Below are positions 50,849-63,954 of a stretch of 64,000 nucleotides of DNA, in pieces. The notes under the pieces are model-generated. The model saw only the letters and a program-made list of their open reading frames with translations. It ran no database searches and was not told the origin of the DNA. Source of the stretch: Octopus sinensis. Lineage: Eukaryota. The position numbers and the translations under genes were made by a program. The stretch lies in NCBI RefSeq assembly GCF_006345805.1, contig NC_043007.1, positions 19,034,001-19,098,000 of the forward strand, written 5' to 3'. Each line of letters opens with the position of its first letter. Within the stretch, counting starts at the first letter, position 1.

Positions 50849-51925
50849 CTTATGTATGTATGTATGTATATGTGTGTGTATGTATGTATGTATGTATGTA
50901 TGTATGTATGTCTTATGTATGTATGTATATGTGTGTGTATGTATGTATCTATGTATGTATGTATGTATGATTGTATGTATGTATGTATGTATGTATGTCT
51001 TATGTATGTATGTATATGTATGTAAGTATGTATGTATGTATGTATGTATGTATGTCTTATGTATGTATGTATGTATATGGGGGTATGTATGTATGTTGTA
51101 TGTATGGTATGTATGCATGTATGTATGATGGGATGAATGTATGTATGTATGTATGTATGTAAGTATGTATATAGTATGTATGTATGTATGTATGGTATGT
51201 CTTATGTATGTATGTATGTATATGTGTGTGTATGTATGTATGTATGTATGTATGTATGTATGTATGTAGTCTTATGTATGTATGTATATGTGTGTGTATG
51301 TATGTATTATGTATGTATGTATGTATGATTGTATGTATGTATGTATGTATGTATGTCTTATGTATGTATGTATATGTATGTAAGTATGTATGTATGTATG
51401 TATGTATGTCTTATGTATGTATGTATGTATATGTGTGTGTATGTAATGTATGTATGTATGTATGTATGTATGTATGTATGTAGCTTTGTCTAATACATAC
51501 TTAATGACTTAACTGGTTGAAACTTCGAAGTTACTATCAATAATATTCTTGTTTCATAAAGTATAGAGTAACATATCAGATTAATTTAAATTTTTTTTAT
51601 TATAAATGAACATAAATACATACATACATACATGCATGCATACATACATACACACACACACATACAAACATATATTCATACATACATGCATACATACATA
51701 CATACATACACACACATATATATACATACATACATACATACGTACATACATACATACATACATACATACATACGTACATACGTACATACATACATACATA
51801 CATACATACATACATACACATATACATACATACATATATAAAACATACATACATACATATATACATGCATACATACATACATACATACATACATACATAC
51901 ATACACACATACATACATACATATA
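50330..51925. repeat. (TATG)n array then an inverted (CATA)n array, with higher-order units
   Basis: Direct reading; GGGTATGAATG and GTCTTATG recur. Confidence 0.95.
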
Positions 51926-51933
51926 TGTCACCC

Positions 51934-52254
51934 GAAGGCACGTGGCTTAGTGGTTAGGGGCATTTGGCTCACGATCACAAAGTCGTCAGTTCAATTCCCG
52001 GCGACGCGTTGTGTCCTTGGTAAGACACTTTATTTCACGTTGCTCCAATCCACTCAGCTGGCAAAAATGAGTTGTACCTGTATTTCAAAGGGCCGGCCTT
52101 GTCACACTCTGTGTCACGCTGAATGTCCCTGAGAACTACGTTAAGGTTACACGTGTCTGTGGAGGGCTCAGCCACTTGCACGTTAATTTCACGAGCAAGC
52201 TTTTCCGTTGATCGGATCAACTGGAACCCCCGTCGTCATAACCGACGGAATGTC
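51934..52254 (+). mobile_element. SINE family D, full copy
   Basis: A-box TGGCTTAGTGG, B-box AGTTCAATTCC, body as 30.8 kb. Confidence 0.88.
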
Positions 52255-52299
52255 AGTTATATATATATATATATATATCATATATATATATATACATAT

Positions 52300-52343
<44 letters not shown>

Positions 52344-52347
52344 TATA

Positions 52348-52382
<35 letters not shown>

Positions 52383-52672
52383 AGTCAAAGTGAGATAATG
52401 GTTAATAATATACCTTTATCTACAGGCTGAAACAGCTGTAAGATCCATTTTATATGTATTATTTTTATGGTATTATCTTACTTACTTATTGATGTATGTT
52501 GTTTTATTCAGTTGGATTTGGATGTTCCTATTTAATTAGTTAATAAATTATATGAATTGGTAATATCTGTAAGTTGATGATTGAAAGGAATCTGTTCCTC
52601 CATTTTCTTATTTGTATTATATATATATATATATATATATAATCAAAATAAGCAACAAAGATATCCATGGTC

Positions 52673-52762
52673 GTGTAGTACAATTGTTTCATGCTACTTC
52701 ATTTTATTAAACACTGTAAGTATTACATCAGTTTTGAAATGTCGAGCACTCTTCAGCCACAT
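52673..52762 (-). ncRNA. Type I hammerhead ribozyme motif, paralog of 49073-49163
   Basis: AUGUGG CUGAAGA GUGC-51nt-GCAU GAAA CAAUUG UA CUACAC. Confidence 0.75.
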
Positions 52763-53071
52763 ATAGAATTTTTCAGTTAAACTGACAATGCACATTCTTA
52801 TACTTATTTTCTTTTGCCAACTTTATAAAGAGGGTAGATATATAGCCAGAGAGGTTAATTTCATCATTAAGAACATGGTGGTAGTATGTCCATTCTCCGT
52901 TTATAGATTTTTATCATTAAGTTCACTTTGTTATTTAGATCTATCAGTGGGGAAGGGTTTTTTTTATTCTTGGTTGAACGGAGACAAACAAGAGTTTTTT
53001 TCTATTTATAGATAGAGGAAGGGGTAGTACAAATGTCAAAACCATAAATCCATCCTTATATGGATGTAGAG

Positions 53072-53272
53072 CAGTGGTTTTCAACCAGGGTTCCGCCAGT
53101 ACAGTCCAGGGGTTCCGCAAGAAGTTACAAAACTGCTAAAATCGGCAGTAATTTTTAATTCTCCTGTGCAAATATGTGTGCATAAGACTATTAAATTATT
53201 GCACAGGGGTTCCCCGAGCCAGTGGAATGTTTCCTTGGGGTTCCGCTCCAGCAAAATGTTTGAAAAGCACTG
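53072..53272. mobile_element. 201-bp hAT (Charlie/Buster-type) MITE
   Basis: TIR CAGTGGTTTTCAA / CAGTGCTTTTCAA; perfect 8-bp TSD ATGTAGAG (53064-53071, 53273-53280). Confidence 0.92.
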
Positions 53273-53884
53273 ATGTAGAGTAATAAAAAAGGGAGAGGAT
53301 AGATGTAAAAGCCCAGGACCCTATTTGATTAATTGTTGAATGTCAGGGAGTGCATTATGGACTTTAATTCGACAGAGACATGATATAAACTCGAAAGAAG
53401 TATCTGCGGGTCACTCCACATCGTTCAACCATTGGAACGATGGACGAGGGCTCACGTGGGGCTGGTACACAACAACAGCACCAGCAACAACAACGTCAAG
53501 ACCGGGATGCTTCCCACTACTGCACAGCACCCCCCCAAACCCTATCACTGCTGCCCTAAACAGTCCCTCACGTAGCTTTATATACACACGTCAGCCCAAA
53601 CCCTTTTGCACATGATTGATGCGTCAACGCGGTCTCCTAGAAACAACAGCCAAATTTCCCTCGTATCTCCCTATACAGGGGACACTGTAGTGCCAGATAT
53701 AGGGGGAAATTAGACGGAATGGTCGCGTCTGGAAGTCTTTGACAATAAATACCCTCGATCAGGGCTGATCAGTGGTGGGGTGGGATTACAACAACAGCAA
53801 CAATTACCGCACAACCTGCATAACAGCCACAACATCACGATAGGCATACAACCATCAAACATACACCAACCACGACATCCTGTA

Positions 53885-53937
53885 TCACTACTACTACTAC
53901 TACTGCTGCTGCCACTGCTACAACCACCACCACTACC

Positions 53938-53970
<33 letters not shown>

Positions 53971-53971
53971 A

Positions 53972-54005
<34 letters not shown>

Positions 54006-54090
54006 CGCCACTGCTACAACCACCACCACCACTACTACTGCTGCTGCTGTTGCTACAACCACCACCACCACCACCACTACTACTACACTA
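53885..54090. repeat. (CTA)/(CTG)/(CCA) compound trinucleotide repeat
   Basis: Direct reading; CCACTGCTACAACCACCACC recurs. Confidence 0.9.
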
Positions 54091-54414
54091 CTACAACTCT
54101 GTTTGCAATGCCACCACTCCTGGTGCAACCACTAACATAACCAGAACTACTACTATCACAACCACACCCGCCACTACCTATACTACCACTTCCACAATAA
54201 CAGCAACGATGACCACTACCACCACCTTTACCGCCATACTTATACCCCACCTCCAGCCTAAGGCAACACTGAACTAATTTCCATCTAATCCACATCAGTG
54301 TGTGTCTGTCGGTGAGTGTATATATGCGTGTATGTATGTGGCCATATATGCATACACATACATTCATACATACACACACACATATATATATATATGTCTA
54401 TACATATATGTATG

Positions 54415-54447
<33 letters not shown>

Positions 54448-54623
54448 ATATACATACACACATCTATATGTAGATATGTATATTATATATGTGTGTGTAT
54501 GCATACACACATACATATAGATATGTGTATGTATATGTAATATATATGTATGTACATGTTTATATACATACACACATACATATGCACACACATACACCTA
54601 TATATATGTATATGTATATATAC

Positions 54624-54674
<51 letters not shown>

Positions 54675-54822
54675 ATCTGAGTGTGCATACATATGTATGT
54701 AGATATATATGTGTGTGTATGTATGTACACAAATGTATGTATATATATATATATATATGTGTTTATGTATGCTTATAGTTGTCAATGTATTTGCGTCTGT
54801 ATGTACATAGATATCTTTAAAA

Positions 54823-54882
<60 letters not shown>

Positions 54883-55254
54883 CCTCTAACACCAACGCGA
54901 CTGGCAACTCTCAGCTGTCTTCAAATAATGTTATTCTATTCCTTAAAACAGTTTACAAACCAAATCACTTCTTTGAACTGTCCAAAATGTCAGCTTTATG
55001 CCTCACCAACACTACAACAACAACAACAACAACCAGTGGAAACCACCACCACCACTACAACCACTACTTCTACTACTACTACTACTGCAATGATCACTGC
55101 CATTACTAAAACTTCTGCAGCTGTTGCTACAACTGGAACCAGAATAATGGTGACTACCACTACGACAACAACAAATTTATACCCCATCAGTACTACAACC
55201 ACGACCACCACCACTAAAATAACTACTACTACTATTACAATAATAACAATAACC

Positions 55255-55432
55255 CTTTCTACAATAGGCACAAGGCCAGAAATTTGGGGGAGGGGGATAG
55301 TCAATTACATTGACTCCACTGTGTAACTGGTACTTATTTCAACGACCCTGAAATAAGAAAGGCAAAGTTGACCGCAGCAGAATTTGAACTCAGAATGTAA
55401 AGACAGACAAAATACTGCTAAGAATTTCACCC

Positions 55433-55478
<46 letters not shown>

Positions 55479-55702
55479 TAGTAATTATTTCTACTGGAAG
55501 CACAAGTCCTCAAATTTGGGGGGAAGGGATTAAGTCGATTACATCGATCCCAGTGCATAACTGGTACTTATTTTATCGGCCCCCCAAAAATGGATGAAAG
55601 GTAAAGTCGACCTCATCGGAATTTGAACTCAGAAGATAGTGAAAGACTAAATACTGCTAAGCTTTTTGCCTGGTGTCCTAACAATTCTGCCAGCTTGCTA
55701 CC
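55255..55702 (-). mobile_element. Two SINE family A2 copies separated and followed by (TAA)n
   Basis: Core and B-box twice; (TAA)n at 55415-55480 and 55705-55790. Confidence 0.82.
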
Positions 55703-55719
55703 CTAATAATAAGAATAAA

Positions 55720-55765
<46 letters not shown>

Positions 55766-55827
55766 TAATAATAATAATAATAATAATAAAGATGATGATG
55801 ATGATGATGATGATGATGATAATAATA

Positions 55828-56155
55828 GATGCAGTACCAGGCAGTGGCTCTCATGGCTTCTGATCTTAATTGATTGGAAGTGTTATCATGTACATTGTTT
55901 TGTCTTGGTATAAAAGATGGGCTACAGCAAATATTCTGCTCAATGCCACAGATTTGCTTGTCGGTTGTTTGACCTTAACCAGTTGAGAATGTCCCTTAGT
56001 GGCTGACGATATGTGCATCTCTGATCACGAGCAGAAGTAGTGGGGGAGCATCATAGCCATGTGTTGAGAGGGATTCTTTGGGGTTTGAATAATTCACCTC
56101 TGGAAACATGGGTGTTTCGTTCAACATCCTTAAACAACTCTTATTCAGGGACCTT
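55828..56155 (+). mobile_element. Non-coding repeat family C, 3'-truncated copy
   Basis: Nearly identical to 3030-3357. Confidence 0.8.
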
Positions 56156-56719
56156 GCATCAGCCACACTCAAAAGGTTTTATTTTTGTTTTTTACGTGTC
56201 ACTAGCACGGGGGTCAGTCAGACGGCACTGACAGCAACCATACTCAAATGGTGCTTTTTACGTGCCACCAGCACTGGCTAAGCCTGAATATTTAGACTGG
56301 TTTAAATGCGAAATCGTTGAAGCAAGGAACTGACGACCATTGCACAACAACAACAACAACAACAGCAAACACTACCATCACATTCATAATTCTGTGCTGA
56401 ATCAAAACTTCTGCAATATTTTGGTAAATCATTTGCTTTATTCCTCAAATTTACAACAAAAGCCGTTTGATAGTCAACATAGAGATCATCATGTCATACG
56501 GTCTGAAGCACCTTCCTTTGGTCCTGTCCTTGTCTTTCGAGGCAAAGAATTCCTTCACTGAAGCTGCCACCTCCTCTTGGTGGGTATAGTATAATGAGCA
56601 CAGGAGATGACCCATGGAGAGAAACAAATAATAAGGCCTGCCCAAAGCAATACTAAAACATACTCAAAGCACAAAAATATAGAGTATATATATATATATA
56701 TATTATATATTATACTCAT

Positions 56720-59700
56720 TCATCATCATCATCATATCGTTTAGCGTCCGTTTTCCATCTAGCATGGGTTGGGGGTTGGACGGTTCTACTGGGGTCTGTG
56801 AAGCCAGAAGGCTTCATCAGGCCCAGTCAAATCTGGCAGTGTTCTACGGCTGGATGCCCTTCCTAACGCCAACCACTCCGTGAGTGTAGTGGGTGCTTTT
56901 ACGTGCCACCCGCACTGGTGCCAGACAGAGCTGGCAAACGGCCACGAACGGATGTGCTTTTTATGTGCCACCAGCACGAGGGCCAGGCGAGGCTGGCAAC
57001 GGACACGAAACGGGGCGGTGCTGGCAACGGTCGCGAAACGGAAAGTTCTCTTACATGCCACCGGCACTGGTAACACATCTGCAATTTCCATTGATCGATT
57101 TCCATGATCAATTTCGATTCTGATCGTCACTTGCCTCAACGGGTCTTCACAAGCAGAGTTTTGACATGCCACCGGCACTGGTAGCATATCCGCAATTTCC
57201 ATTGATTGATTTCGATTCTGATCCTCACTTGCCTCATCAGTCTTCACAAGTAGAGTTTTGTGTCCCAAGAAGGGAAGGTATGCATACGTAGGCTGGCTCC
57301 ATCCCATGTAGAAGGCCACGGGTTATGGACTCACTTGTCCTGCCGGGTCTTCTCGCGCACAGCACACTTCCAGAGGTCTCGGTCTCTAGTCATTTCCTCA
57401 GTGAGACCTAAAGTTCGAAGGTCGTGCTTCACCACCTCGTCCCAGGGTTTCCTGGGTCTGCCTCTTCCACAGGTTCCCTCAACTGCTAGGGTGTGGCACT
57501 TTTTCACACAACTATCTTCATCCATTCTCGCCACATGACCATACCAGCGCAAACGTCTCTCTTGCACACCACAACTGATGCTTCTTAGGTCCAGCTTTTC
57601 TCTCAAGGTACTTACACTCTGCCGAGTGTGAGTACCGGCATTACACATCCATCGGAGCATACTGGCTTCATTCTAGCGAGCTTACGCATATCCTCAGCAG
57701 TCACAGCCCATGTTTCACTGCCATGTAGCATGGCTGTTCGTACACACGCATCATACAGTCTGCCTTTCTCTCTGTGCGAGAGGCCTTTTGTCACCAGTAG
57801 AGGTAAGAGCTCTCTGAACTTTGCCCAAGCTATTCTTACTCTAGCAGTTACACTTTCAGCACACCCGCCCCCGCTGCTGACTTGGTCACCTAGGTAACGG
57901 AAACTATCAACTATTTCTAGTTTTTCTCCCTGGAAAGTGACGGAAGTTGGTCTCAGAGCATTTTCAGTGTTTATTGTTCTGAGCATCTGCCACATACAAA
58001 AACCATTCCTAGTTAGCCTTCCTTTGACATTGCTGCATCTCTTATGTGTCCATAGCTTACACTTGGTGCATCTTATAGAGTTTCTACCTACACTTTTCTA
58101 CAGATCGAGCAGGGCCATCTACCTGAAGGTGTTTGTGATTTGTCTACCTTCCTACTGATTACGACTTTGGTTTTAGCTAGATTGACTCTGAGGCCCTTCG
58201 ATTCTAATCCTTGTTTCCACACCTGAAACTTCTCCTCCAGTTCTGATAGCGACTCAGCAATTAGAGCAAGGTCATCAGCATAGAGGAGCTCCCAAGGGCA
58301 TCCTGTCTTGAATTCCTCCGTTATTGCCTGGAGGACTATGATAAATAGGAGGGGGCTGAGTACTGAGCCTTGGTGGACTCCTACCTCTACCCGGAATTCT
58401 TCACTGTACACATTTCCAACCCTCACCCTACTAGCGGCGTCCCTGTACATGGCCCGCACAGCTCTCACTAACCATTCATCTATCCCTAGTTTCCTCATTG
58501 CCCACCAGATAAGGGATCGGGGGACCCTGTCGAGGCTTTCTCCATGTCAACAAAAGCCAGGTACAGGGGCTTATCTTTGGCTAGGTATTTCTCCTGCAGC
58601 TGCCTTACCAGGAATATAGCATCAGTAGTACTTTTCCCTGGCACAAACCCAAACTGCATCTCATCTAAACTAACTCTCTCTCTAATTAGTTGGGCTATGA
58701 CCCTCTCCGTAACCTTCATCACTGATCCAACAGCTTGATACCTCTGTAGTTATTTGTATCTAGGGCATCACCTTTACCTTTGTAGCAGTTGACTATTATA
58801 CTGCTACACCAGTCATTGGGTATGACCCTTTGTGTATCACCTGATTAACTATACGGGTGACTAGGCTATAGCTGACACTACCAGACATTTTGAGCATCTC
58901 TGCAGTGATTCCTGATGGGCCTGGGGCTTTCCCTGTCTTCATGCTTCTAATTGCCTTAGCTACCACGGAACTATCAACTCGGATAGCTGGTCCCTCTGTT
59001 GGGTCAACATTCGGCAGACTCTCTTTATCCCATTCATTTTCTTCATTCAGCAACCTTTCATAGTGGCATCTCCAAACCTCTCTCTTTGCATCCTCATTTA
59101 GCGCAAGTGAACCATCTTCCATGCGAACACACTTCTCTCCTACCACATCACGATTCTCTCTCACACACTGTCTTGCAACACGAAACACCTCCAGTCTTTG
59201 GTCCTCACGGCGCAGAACATTGGCAAATTTTTTCTTATCTGCTTCCCCTCGCTCTAATAAACCTGTCTCCTAGCTTCTCTTTTGGCAGTCTGATACAATC
59301 CCTGCTACCCCCATTTTTCCAGACCTTCCAAGCCTGTCTCTTTTCTCTAATAGCCCTGTCTACAATATTGTTCCACCACCACGTTATTCTAGGTCGAGAG
59401 GGGACTTTGCACCAGCCACAGATCTGGTCAGTGGCTCTCAGCAGGTTGTCCCTTAGAAACGTCCAGCTGTCTTCTACCCCCTGTGATGCTCTATCCCCTT
59501 CTACTTCGTCAGAGGCTTCAAGTAATATGTCCCTAAATCTCTGTCCATTTGCAGGATCTTTAAGCTTCCAGATCCTTCTTCTCCATATTTGTCGTCTTCT
59601 GGTTGTCCTCCTAGTCCTGATCCTAAAGTCACTAACTACCAGTCTATGTTGTGGGGTACATTCTTCACCTGGGAAGGTTTTGGCATTTATAAGCAGCCAT

Positions 59701-60670
59701 CTCTCCCTTTGCCTTGTAAGGATGTAGTCAATTTGGCTGGTATGTTGGCCCGAGTGGTAAGTGACTAGGTGGCTGGTAGGTTTCCTGAAGTTAGTGTTGC
59801 AAATCATAAGATTTTGCATCGCAAAACTCCAGCAGCCTGGTTCCCTCCTCGTTGCGGGAGCCATAGCCATAGCCTCCATGTACGCCATGGAAGCCCCCAG
59901 CATGTCGTCCAACGTGACCATTGAAGTCACCAGCCACAAAGATAAGGTCTCTGTCGTTCGTCAACGAGGTAGTCTACAGTAGAGTGTCATAGAATCGGTC
60001 TTTCTGTCCATCAGGTAGCCCCGACTGAGGAGCATAGGCTGATATAATGGTTGCTAAACTATGATGAAGCACTAATCTAATCTTAAGTATTCTGTCACAT
60101 ACTCTGATTACCTCAATTACTTTATCTACCCATTTCTCAGCGATAAATATACCCACGCCACCAACCCCGTCAGTTGTTCCCTGCCCAGAAAATCTTGTAC
60201 CTGCGTTCCTTGCCTGTGAGGAACCTAGCTGATCCTCCTCTCCACCTTATTTCTTGCATGCAACATATATCCACACATCTCCGTTCAAGCATCTCGACTA
60301 TCTCACCAGACCTACCTTTCAGAGTGCCAACGTTGAGGGTGCCAACCCTGAGGGTGTGGGAGGCATGGGCTCTAGAGACCCTGGGACGGTGGACAGTAGC
60401 TTTGTGTACCTGAAAAGAAAGCTCGCATTTGGCAGAATTCATGTGCAAGAAATGAAGTAGTAAAGTAGCCTTCAGTACAACCTGCATAACGCTAGCCTTT
60501 CATATTTTGCACTGTATGAACATTACCTTACATAGGTCGAGACTAGGGGTAGGGAGGGGTAGGGATGGTGAGAACATTTGCAGTCTTCATGGGAAGCAAC
60601 CCCAGAATGGCAGAGAATAGGAACTTCCGGCATGCGTGGTGGGGGTGGGAGGGCGGGTGCGCCGTGTCTG
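56720..60670 (-). mobile_element. Near full-length RTE-clade LINE (APE + RT, long 3'UTR, (GAT)n tail), frameshifted
   Basis: APE: TLNVGTL..VDICCMQE, ISAYAPQ, SQIDYIL; RT: QFGFVPGKST.DAIF, VGVHQGSVLSPLLF, LLYADDLAL, FRYLG, RLRWYGHVARM; 3'UTR GGAAGGGCATCCAGCCGTAG; (CAT)n at 56720-56735; 5' limit approximate. Confidence 0.92.
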
Positions 60671-61429
60671 AGTAAAGAGGTTCTGTTAATCGTGAGCTAG
60701 CAAATGGGTTTGTATGAATTGGGAGACAACACTAAACGAAAAATTGAAAAATCAGAGTGGCTATGAACCTGTAGACAAGTTTAAACGGAAAAAAAAAATG
60801 TTTGAGCTAGACAGGGTAATGAGGGAATACTGAAAGAATGAGGGACAATACAATGAGCCGGAAATTGAAGAATAGAGAAAGAATAAGAATAAGTGCAAGA
60901 AAGAAGGTAGTCGTAGCGAGGTTGGACGATTCACTTAACTTTTAGCCATTCTGATCTGTGCGTATTCTTTAGATATTTTGAAGCGAGTGGGGTTAACGAT
61001 AATGCGATCGCTCTTTTATATATGGCGATGATGGTTTTGGGAGGGGGGGGGCATAGAGAACCATGGCGATGATGGTTATGGAAGGGGGGACATAGAGAGA
61101 GAGAGATAGGGTTAGTTAGAGAGAGAGGTCAAGGGACACGTGACAATAAGCGGTGTGAGGGAATTTGACTGGGGACGGCATTGTCGATAAATAAAGATTA
61201 GATAAATAGGTATAATATATATATATATGTATAATACATACATAAACAGGAATAAAATGTTTTTGTTACTGTACAGAGTAGTATAAAGTGGCGAGCTGGC
61301 AGAAATGTTAGCACGGCATGTGAAACCCTGATGGAATTTGAGCTCAGAATGTAAAGATGGGTAAAATGTCGCTAAGTATTTTGTCCAGCTAACGATTCGG
61401 CCAACTGACCACCCCAACTCAAATTATTT

Positions 61430-61703
61430 CAAATTTTTGTCACAAGGGCAGCTTGGGGGAGGTGGGCATGAATTGATTACATCAACCCCAGTGTTCGACT
61501 GGTATTTATTTCATCAACCCCAAAAGACTGAAAGGCAAAGTCGACCTTGGCGGAATTTGAACTCAGAATGTAGCGACGGGTAAAATACTGCAAAGCATTT
61601 CATCCAGCGTGCTAACGATTCCGCCAGAATAATAACAACAACAACAGCAGCAGCAGCAGCAGCAGCAACACAACAACAACAACAACAACAAAAATAATAA
61701 TAA

Positions 61704-61734
<31 letters not shown>

Positions 61735-61807
61735 AATAATAGTGATAATAATAATAATAACAATAATAACAATAATAATGATAATAATAATAATAATAAT
61801 AATAATG

Positions 61808-61865
<58 letters not shown>
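61430..61865 (-). mobile_element. SINE family A copy followed by (AAC)(CAG)(AAT)n
   Basis: Core and head at 61430-61628, then trinucleotide array. Confidence 0.8.
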
Positions 61866-61867
<2 letters not shown>

Positions 61868-61990
61868 TGCTGTTTATCTTGATATGAGATCACCATGTCA
61901 CACACATGGTTGTGATACCTGTTATCTATGCCTTTTCTTACAGACGCATACACACACATTTATGTATATGAAATGATTCAGGATTGCATA

Positions 61991-62300
61991 TACCATAAAT
62001 CCTCGAGTATATTCCGCATTTCCCCCCAAAATTTAAAGGTCAAAATCCTTAGTGCGTACTATATACGAAGTTAAAAATGAAAAATATTTTCTAAGCAATG
62101 TCCGAGTTTCTATTTGCTCGGGCGCAAAAATACCTTAAGCTAAGCCTGAAAGCGACGAAATCATAAAAGAATCATCCATAACTTGCAGTAAGCAACATTT
62201 ATTAAACGTTATTACTGTTATTTCTTTATCTTCTGCAAACAAAATGCACAAAAAAGCTACACGTTTGCATTATGTTATATATACAATAATAATAAAGGAC
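61991..62300. mobile_element. Possible pogo/Tigger-like DNA transposon left end
   Basis: TA-CCATAAATCCTCGAGTATA resembles pogo-type TIRs; no right TIR found. Confidence 0.35.
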
Positions 62301-62304
62301 GTTA

Positions 62305-62472
62305 CTGTATACATTCCTGTAACTTAGCAGTTTGGCAAAAGGGACTGATAGAATTAGTACTATGCTTAATAAATAAGTAATGGGGTCGATGCATCCGACT
62401 AAAAACTCAAGGCAGTGCCCCAGCATGGTCGCAGTCTAATGACTGAAACGGGTAAAAAATAAAAGATAAAAA
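62305..62472 (+). mobile_element. SINE family B 3' part
   Basis: GTAACTTAGC..GATAGAATTAGTAC..CCAGCATGG..GACTGAAAC. Confidence 0.75.
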
Positions 62473-62499
62473 ATACCACACAGTCTAAAGAAGAAGCAG

Positions 62500-63016
62500 A
62501 GCCTATGGTCATTGTATGTTGTCCAACACTTAAGAAATGGATACAACGCCTTACTTCCCTGGGCATGGATACATTGAAACTCCGACGTCTGGCAGCTGAG
62601 TTGGCAGACACCCATAAAATTATTAACCATCTTACTAACAATAACTCTGAGCACCTTTTCAAACTCCACCTGTCTAACACCTGTGGACATGTTTACAAAG
62701 TCAGGAAACAGCACACCTCCCATGACTTTCGGAAACATTTTTTTACACTTAGAGTTGCTGAAGTATGGAACAAATTGCCGGCATCAGTTGTTAGTTGTCG
62801 GAGCACTGCATCCTTCAAAACTTCCATGCTTTCTGAGATTCGCCAACACTACACCTGATTTTCTCCCCTCCATACACACGCAAGCATGTATCTGACTCAT
62901 ACACTGTTCAATTCACATACATTTGTACATTACTGCATATGCTTTATACGCACTTTCTGACAAGTTGTGGTGCACCTGAGCACTGTATACAGTAATTTCA
63001 TTATTATTATTATTAT
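62500..63016 (+). mobile_element. CR1-like LINE 3' end with (ATT)n tail
   Basis: LGMDTLKLRRL..HKII..GHVYKV..FRKHFFTLRVAEVWNKLP; 3'UTR shared with 36748-37038. Confidence 0.88.
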
Positions 63017-63511
63017 ATTTATAAGTTGACAAGTTCAAATAAAAACTTGGATAGGATGGAGTATTTTAAAGGTTTGGTGGTATGGGAGGGAAAAGATCAG
63101 GTAAGGTTCTTTTTGTTTTTTTGGAATTTTTTTTAATTGCTTGGAATTTGATGAGAGTTGGTGACAAATTCCATCTGACCTCTGAAAACATGAAAAATTG
63201 GAAATATCTCAAAAATATTCTTCAGGTGCAACTCACATATCAGAATTGCATTACCTAGTTTCACAAACACAAAATGAAAAAACACATTTAATACAGAATA
63301 CTGAGGTGACCAAAGTTGGTAGTTGTTGGGTGGGGTGAGGCTGAAGTATTTCCTAGCTCTGATAAAAAAAAAAAAAATGAAGGGACCAATCTTTGAGAGG
63401 TAGTTTTAGTATGTTGAGGGTGATAATATGTCCAAAAAGATTCCCAATAATAATAAAACCTAGCATTTGAAGCACTTGTTAGAGCTGTAGTTGTATAATA
63501 TTCATGTTTAA

Positions 63512-63726
63512 CCCTTCTGTTACCGTATTCCTGTTGAGATGCTCTGTGTTACTTTCAATTAATTTTAAATATAACAAAGAATTTAGTAAAATAACTTAGT
63601 TATCATTCAGCTAGTGTTAGGAACATAAATTGTGACTAAGGTTTGGTGGAAGATATTAATTCAAAACTTATGTAAACAAGACATTTGTACTCAGAGCCAG
63701 TTTCAGCCGGGTTGGTATTGAAAGGG
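63512..63726. mobile_element. piggyBac-like MITE
   Basis: TTAA-CCCTTCTGTTACC ... GGTATTGAAAGGG-CTAA (imperfect TIR, degenerate TTAA). Confidence 0.65.
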
Positions 63727-63908
63727 CTAAAGGGTGAAATGCAATAATGTTTTCATTGTTCGTTCTCAACCAAGGTCCATATGACCATCAGCGGGGTCCA
63801 TTAAGGTCTTGTTGAAATTCATCTGTAATAAACTGGTCATTTTAGAGATGAGGAATTATGTACAATATTTACATTGGACGGATAGATGTCCTTACCTTGT
63901 TTGTTGTT

Positions 63909-63954
63909 ACCACAATGTTTCGGCTGGTGTACTCTCCAGCCTTCATCAGGTGTC
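63909..63954 (-). ncRNA. Minimal type I hammerhead-like motif (decayed), paralog of 41473-41518
   Basis: GACAC CUGAUGA A GGCUGG-8nt-CCAGCC GAA ACAU U GUGGU, inside a module shared with 41395-41540. Confidence 0.5.

Noticed and set aside
53653-53711. Branched hairpin (AATTTCCC...GGGAAATT) as a structured RNA or HDV-like ribozyme
   Set aside because: No P3/pseudoknot could be built; the left arm overlaps a dispersed-repeat motif also seen near 35870 (CTAGAA..CAGC), so chance pairing is plausible
56400-56645. Mariner transposase C-terminal fragment (EEVAASVKEFFASKDK)
   Set aside because: Only one short motif resembles mariner; neighbouring SPDL/DYHLF motifs and TIRs were not found
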